Origin: an uncultured delta proteobacterium
GTDB taxonomy: Bacteria > Myxococcota_A > Polyangia > Polyangiales > Houyiibacteriaceae
NCBI GenBank assembly: GCA_963699755.1
Contig: CAVOVB010000005.1
Location: 96,001 to 160,000, forward strand
Length of the DNA stretch: 64,000 bases
Direction of reading: 5' to 3'
Below the pieces are notes generated by a model. The model made no database searches. It was given only the letters and a program-made list of their open reading frames with translations, and was not told where the DNA came from. Within the stretch, counting starts at the first letter, position 1, and each line of letters begins with the position of its first letter. The translations under genes and the position numbers were made by a program. This document shows, one piece after another, positions 60,535-64,000 of the stretch.

Positions 60535-61704
60535 ATGCGCGAAAGGGCAAGAGATACGCGCAAGCCTCGGGTGGCTCACATCACCACCGTCGATCTATCG
60601 TTGCGCTACCTATTGCTCAACCAGCTGCAGCGAATTCGAGACGAGGGTTATGAGGTTTTCGGGGTCAGCGCCGAGGGGTCGGACGTAGCAGAGGTGGAAG
60701 CCCACGGGATTCCGCACTTCGCCGTGCCGATGACCCGTCGATTCACGCCACTGGCGGATCTCCGGGCGCTCTGGGCCCTCACCCAACTCATGCGGCGCGA
60801 GCGTTTCGACATCGTTCACACGCACACACCCAAGGCTGGACTGCTAGGCCAGCTGGCCGCGCGGCTCAGCGGAGTGCCCGTGGTCGTCAATACCCTTCAC
60901 GGCTTTTACTTCCACGACGACTCGAAGCCGATTCCGCGACGTTTCTACATCTGGATGGAGCGCATCGCGGCGAAGTGCTCGGACAGCATCCTCTCTCAGA
61001 ATCGAGAGGACATGGCTACCGCGGTCGCCGAACAGATCGCGAAGCCGGAACAAATCAAGTGGCTCGGCAATGGCATCGATTTGGCGCGATTCGATCGTCG
61101 GCGCCTGACTGAAGCCAGCCTCGAAGAATTGCGTCAGGAAATCGGAATCGAGTCGCAAGCGCCCGTCATCGGTTTCGTGGGGCGGCTGGTCGAGGAGAAG
61201 GGCATCTTGGATCTGCTGGCAGCGGCCAAGGCCGTGATCGAGGAGATCCCGAACGCACAGTTTCTCATCATCGGCCCCTACGACGACGACAAGCCAGACG
61301 CTTTGCGCCCCGAAGTTGCCGAGCGATACGGTGTCGCCGCCAACTGTCACTTCTTGGGGATGCGCAACGACATGCCGGAGCTCTACGCACTCATGGACGT
61401 GCTAGTGCTCCCGTCCTACCGGGAGGGCTTTCCGCGGGCGCCGATGGAGGCTTCGGCAATGGGAGTGCCGACCGTTGTGACCAACATTCGTGGGTGCCGT
61501 GAAGCGGTGGACCCCGGAGTAAATGGACTCCTCTTTCCAGTGGGAGACGTCGATGCACTCGCAAAGTGCGTGATCGAGCTTCTGGGAGACGACGAACGGC
61601 ATGCAGCGATGGCCGTTGCGGGGCGCCGAATCGCGGAAGAACGCTTCGACGAGCAGAAGGTGTTTGACCGAGTCCTGAGCGAATACGAGAGGCTCCTCTC
61701 GTGA
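60535..61704 (+). CDS. GT4 glycosyltransferase
   Basis: HTHTPKAG, FVGRLVEEKG, PSYREGFPRAPMEA. Confidence 0.92.
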   Translation: MRERARDTRKPRVAHITTVDLSLRYLLLNQLQRIRDEGYEVFGVSAEGSDVAEVEAHGIPHFAVPMTRRFTPLADLRALWALTQLMRRERFDIVHTHTPKAGLLGQLAARLSGVPVVVNTLHGFYFHDDSKPIPRRFYIWMERIAAKCSDSILSQNREDMATAVAEQIAKPEQIKWLGNGIDLARFDRRRLTEASLEELRQEIGIESQAPVIGFVGRLVEEKGILDLLAAAKAVIEEIPNAQFLIIGPYDDDKPDALRPEVAERYGVAANCHFLGMRNDMPELYALMDVLVLPSYREGFPRAPMEASAMGVPTVVTNIRGCREAVDPGVNGLLFPVGDVDALAKCVIELLGDDERHAAMAVAGRRIAEERFDEQKVFDRVLSEYERLLS

Positions 61705-62327
61705 CCTTCTACCGGCGCATCGGAAAGCGTGTGATGGACCTAGGGCTTGTCGTGCCCGTCCTCCTGGTGCTCACGCCGCTGGGCGTAGGGCTTGGTGCCC
61801 TGATACGGCTAAAGCTCGGCGCTCCGGTGCTCTTCCGACAGCCGAGGCCGGGGCGCGATGGTCGCGTCTTCGAGCTGATCAAGTTTCGAACGATGAGCAA
61901 TGCGAGAGGCGCCGATGGAGAGTTACTCCCCGACGAGGAGCGGCTCGGCCCGTTTGGCACTCGCCTGCGACGTCTCAGTCTCGACGAGCTCCCCACCCTT
62001 TGGAACGTCGTGCGGGGGGACATGAGCCTGGTCGGTCCACGCCCCCTCCTCGTCCAGTACCTCGAGCGCTACACTCCCGAGCAGCGCCGGCGCCATGACG
62101 TTCTCCCGGGAATCACGGGTTGGGCCCAGATCCACGGCAGGAACGCGATCAGCTGGGAGCAGAAGTTCGAGCACGACCTCTGGTACGTCGAAAATGTGTC
62201 GCTCCGAACCGATCTGAGGATACTTTTGCAGACGGCGGTGCAGGTTCTGGGGCGGCGAGATATTTCCGCCGAGGGTCACGCGACCATGCCGGAGTTCATG
62301 GGAAGCAATGAAGAATCTGCCAGATAA
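61701..62327 (+). CDS. PglC-like phosphoglycosyl transferase
   Basis: KFRTM, SLDELP, MSLVGPRP, PGITGWAQ. Confidence 0.92.
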   Translation: MTFYRRIGKRVMDLGLVVPVLLVLTPLGVGLGALIRLKLGAPVLFRQPRPGRDGRVFELIKFRTMSNARGADGELLPDEERLGPFGTRLRRLSLDELPTLWNVVRGDMSLVGPRPLLVQYLERYTPEQRRRHDVLPGITGWAQIHGRNAISWEQKFEHDLWYVENVSLRTDLRILLQTAVQVLGRRDISAEGHATMPEFMGSNEESAR

Positions 62328-62934
62328 TATCGTGGTCGTGGGCGCAGGCGGTCACGCAAAGGTGGTGATTGCGACGGTGCGCGCCGCTGGCGGAAATGTC
62401 GTCGCAGCCTATGACGATGATGACGGCCGGTGGGGACAGCAGATCTTGGGTGTTCCAATCAGCGGCCCCATCTCAGAAGAGACGATCGGAAACAGGCCAG
62501 CGATCATCGCCATCGGAAACAACCGGACACGCCAGTCGATCGCGGAACGCCTGCACGCGAACTGGGTGTCGGTCTGTCATCCAAACGCGACAGTGCACGC
62601 CTCTGTCGTGCTGGGGCCTGGTAGTGTCGTCTTCGCGGGTTCGGTTGTCCAGCCAGATGCCACGATCGGCGCTCACTCTATCCTCAACACCGCGGCAGCA
62701 GTGGACCACGACTGCATCGTCGGGGATTTCGTGCATATAGGCCCTGGCGTGTGCCTATGTGGGGGTGTCACGGTGGACGAAGGCGTGCTCCTTGGTGTGG
62801 GTGCGAAGGTGGCACCCAACGTCGAAGTTGGGCCCTGGTCGACCGTTGGCGCTGGCGCGGTCTGTGTGGTCGACGTCCCAGGGTCGACGACGGTCGTCGG
62901 CATCCCCGCAAGATCGCTCAAGGTGGAGGCATGA
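62308..62934 (+). CDS. PglD/NeuD-family sugar acetyltransferase
   Basis: GAGGHAKV, AIGNN, DHDC, hexapeptide repeats, GIPAR. Confidence 0.9.
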   Translation: MKNLPDNIVVVGAGGHAKVVIATVRAAGGNVVAAYDDDDGRWGQQILGVPISGPISEETIGNRPAIIAIGNNRTRQSIAERLHANWVSVCHPNATVHASVVLGPGSVVFAGSVVQPDATIGAHSILNTAAAVDHDCIVGDFVHIGPGVCLCGGVTVDEGVLLGVGAKVAPNVEVGPWSTVGAGAVCVVDVPGSTTVVGIPARSLKVEA

Positions 62935-64000
62935 GCGAGCGCATCTATCTGTCACCACCTGACATGAGCGGCGCAGAGCGAGAGGCGTTACTCGCTGCTT
63001 TTGACTCGAATTGGATAGCGCCCTTGGGCCCGGAGGTCGATGCCTTCGAACGAGCTCTGGCCGACCGCATCGGGGTTCGAGATGCCGCCGCCCTGAGCAG
63101 CGGAACCGCGGCGCTGCACTTGGCCTTGGTCTTGTTGGAGGTCGGGCCTGGCGACGAGGTCTGGACCGCGACGCTGACCTTTGCGGCGACCGCGAACGCG
63201 GTGCGATACGTAGGGGCGACCCCGGTGTTCATCGACAGCGAGCGTGAAAGCTGGAACGTGGACCCGGCGTTGATTCGCGAGGCGCTACGCGACGCTTCCA
63301 AGCGAGGCGCACTCCCCAAGGCACTCATCGTCGTCGACCTGTACGGACAATGTGCCGACTACGACGCCATACTGAGCGCCTGCCAAGAGTATGGGGTCCC
63401 GGTGATCGAGGACGCGGCGGAGGCGCTCGGGGCGAGCTACCATGGCAAGCCTGCAGGCTCATTCGGGTCGATCGGCGTGCTTTCATTCAACGGAAACAAG
63501 ATCATCACGACAAGTGGCGGCGGAGCGTTGCTCAGTGACAGTCCAGCTCTCGTCGAGCGAGCCCGGCATCTTGCTTCTCAGGCCAGGCAACCCGTGGCTC
63601 ACTACGAGCACGAAGAGGTCGGATACAACTACCGCTTGAGCAATCTGCTAGCGGCGCTCGGTCGAGCGCAGCTGTCGCGCTTGGACGAGCTCGTCGAACG
63701 GCGACGCGAGATCAACCGGAGGTACAGGGAGGCGTTCGGAGCGATCGACGGCGTTGCCTTCTTGCCCGAGGCCCGGGGCCGCCGCTCAAACTGCTGGCTG
63801 ACTTGCGTGCTGCTCGACGAAGAGCGCTTAGGGGTCGGGGTCGAGCAGGTCCGTGCGCACCTCGAGTCTCAGAACATCGAAGCCCGCCCTGTTTGGAAAC
63901 CGATGCATCTGCAGCCGGTCTACCGCGGCTGTCGCGTGCTAGGTGGCGGGGTCGCCGTTGATCTGTTTCGCCGCGGATTGTGCTTGCCGAGCGGTTCGAC
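62931..64000 (+). CDS. DegT/DnrJ/EryC1/StrS (PglE-like) aminotransferase, partial at window end
   Basis: Manual translation MSERIYLSPP...SSGTAALHL...EDAAEA...SFNGNKIITTSGGG...GYNYRLSN...LCLPSGS. Confidence 0.92.
   Translation, partial: MSERIYLSPPDMSGAEREALLAAFDSNWIAPLGPEVDAFERALADRIGVRDAAALSSGTAALHLALVLLEVGPGDEVWTATLTFAATANAVRYVGATPVFIDSERESWNVDPALIREALRDASKRGALPKALIVVDLYGQCADYDAILSACQEYGVPVIEDAAEALGASYHGKPAGSFGSIGVLSFNGNKIITTSGGGALLSDSPALVERARHLASQARQPVAHYEHEEVGYNYRLSNLLAALGRAQLSRLDELVERRREINRRYREAFGAIDGVAFLPEARGRRSNCWLTCVLLDEERLGVGVEQVRAHLESQNIEARPVWKPMHLQPVYRGCRVLGGGVAVDLFRRGLCLPSGS

Overview
High-GC bacterial chromosomal window. The Gly-rich-linker lipoproteins, PEGA/MopE-type/Cys-rich surface proteins and dense signalling suggest Myxococcota (inference). 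It runs from a partial ligA to a partial pglACDE-like sugar cluster, with housekeeping genes between (thpR, moaB, ppx, sixA, sodB, phoD). There are two accessory regions. (1) About 12-21.7 kb: a RES-Xre toxin-antitoxin pair, an IslA/HpsG-like (C-S lyase clade) glycyl radical enzyme with its activase and a divergent AraC regulator, and a nucleotidyltransferase/RHH gene pair flanked by a diverged duplicate of the araC 3' end. (2) About 21.7-38.2 kb, the best candidate for an undescribed system: a Ralstonia phcBSR-like fatty-acid-methyl-ester signalling locus. It has a PilZ-fused PhcB-like methyltransferase preceded by a short cyclopropane/mycolic-type methyltransferase. It also has three paralogous multi-TM sensor kinases sharing a D-x4-P-x9-R motif, a DHp-only remnant, a His-less REC-kinase, a STAS/SEC14-like protein and a PdsR-like regulator with a 4x ATGAA 10-bp-period box. 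All family assignments are motif recognition by eye, not database searches.
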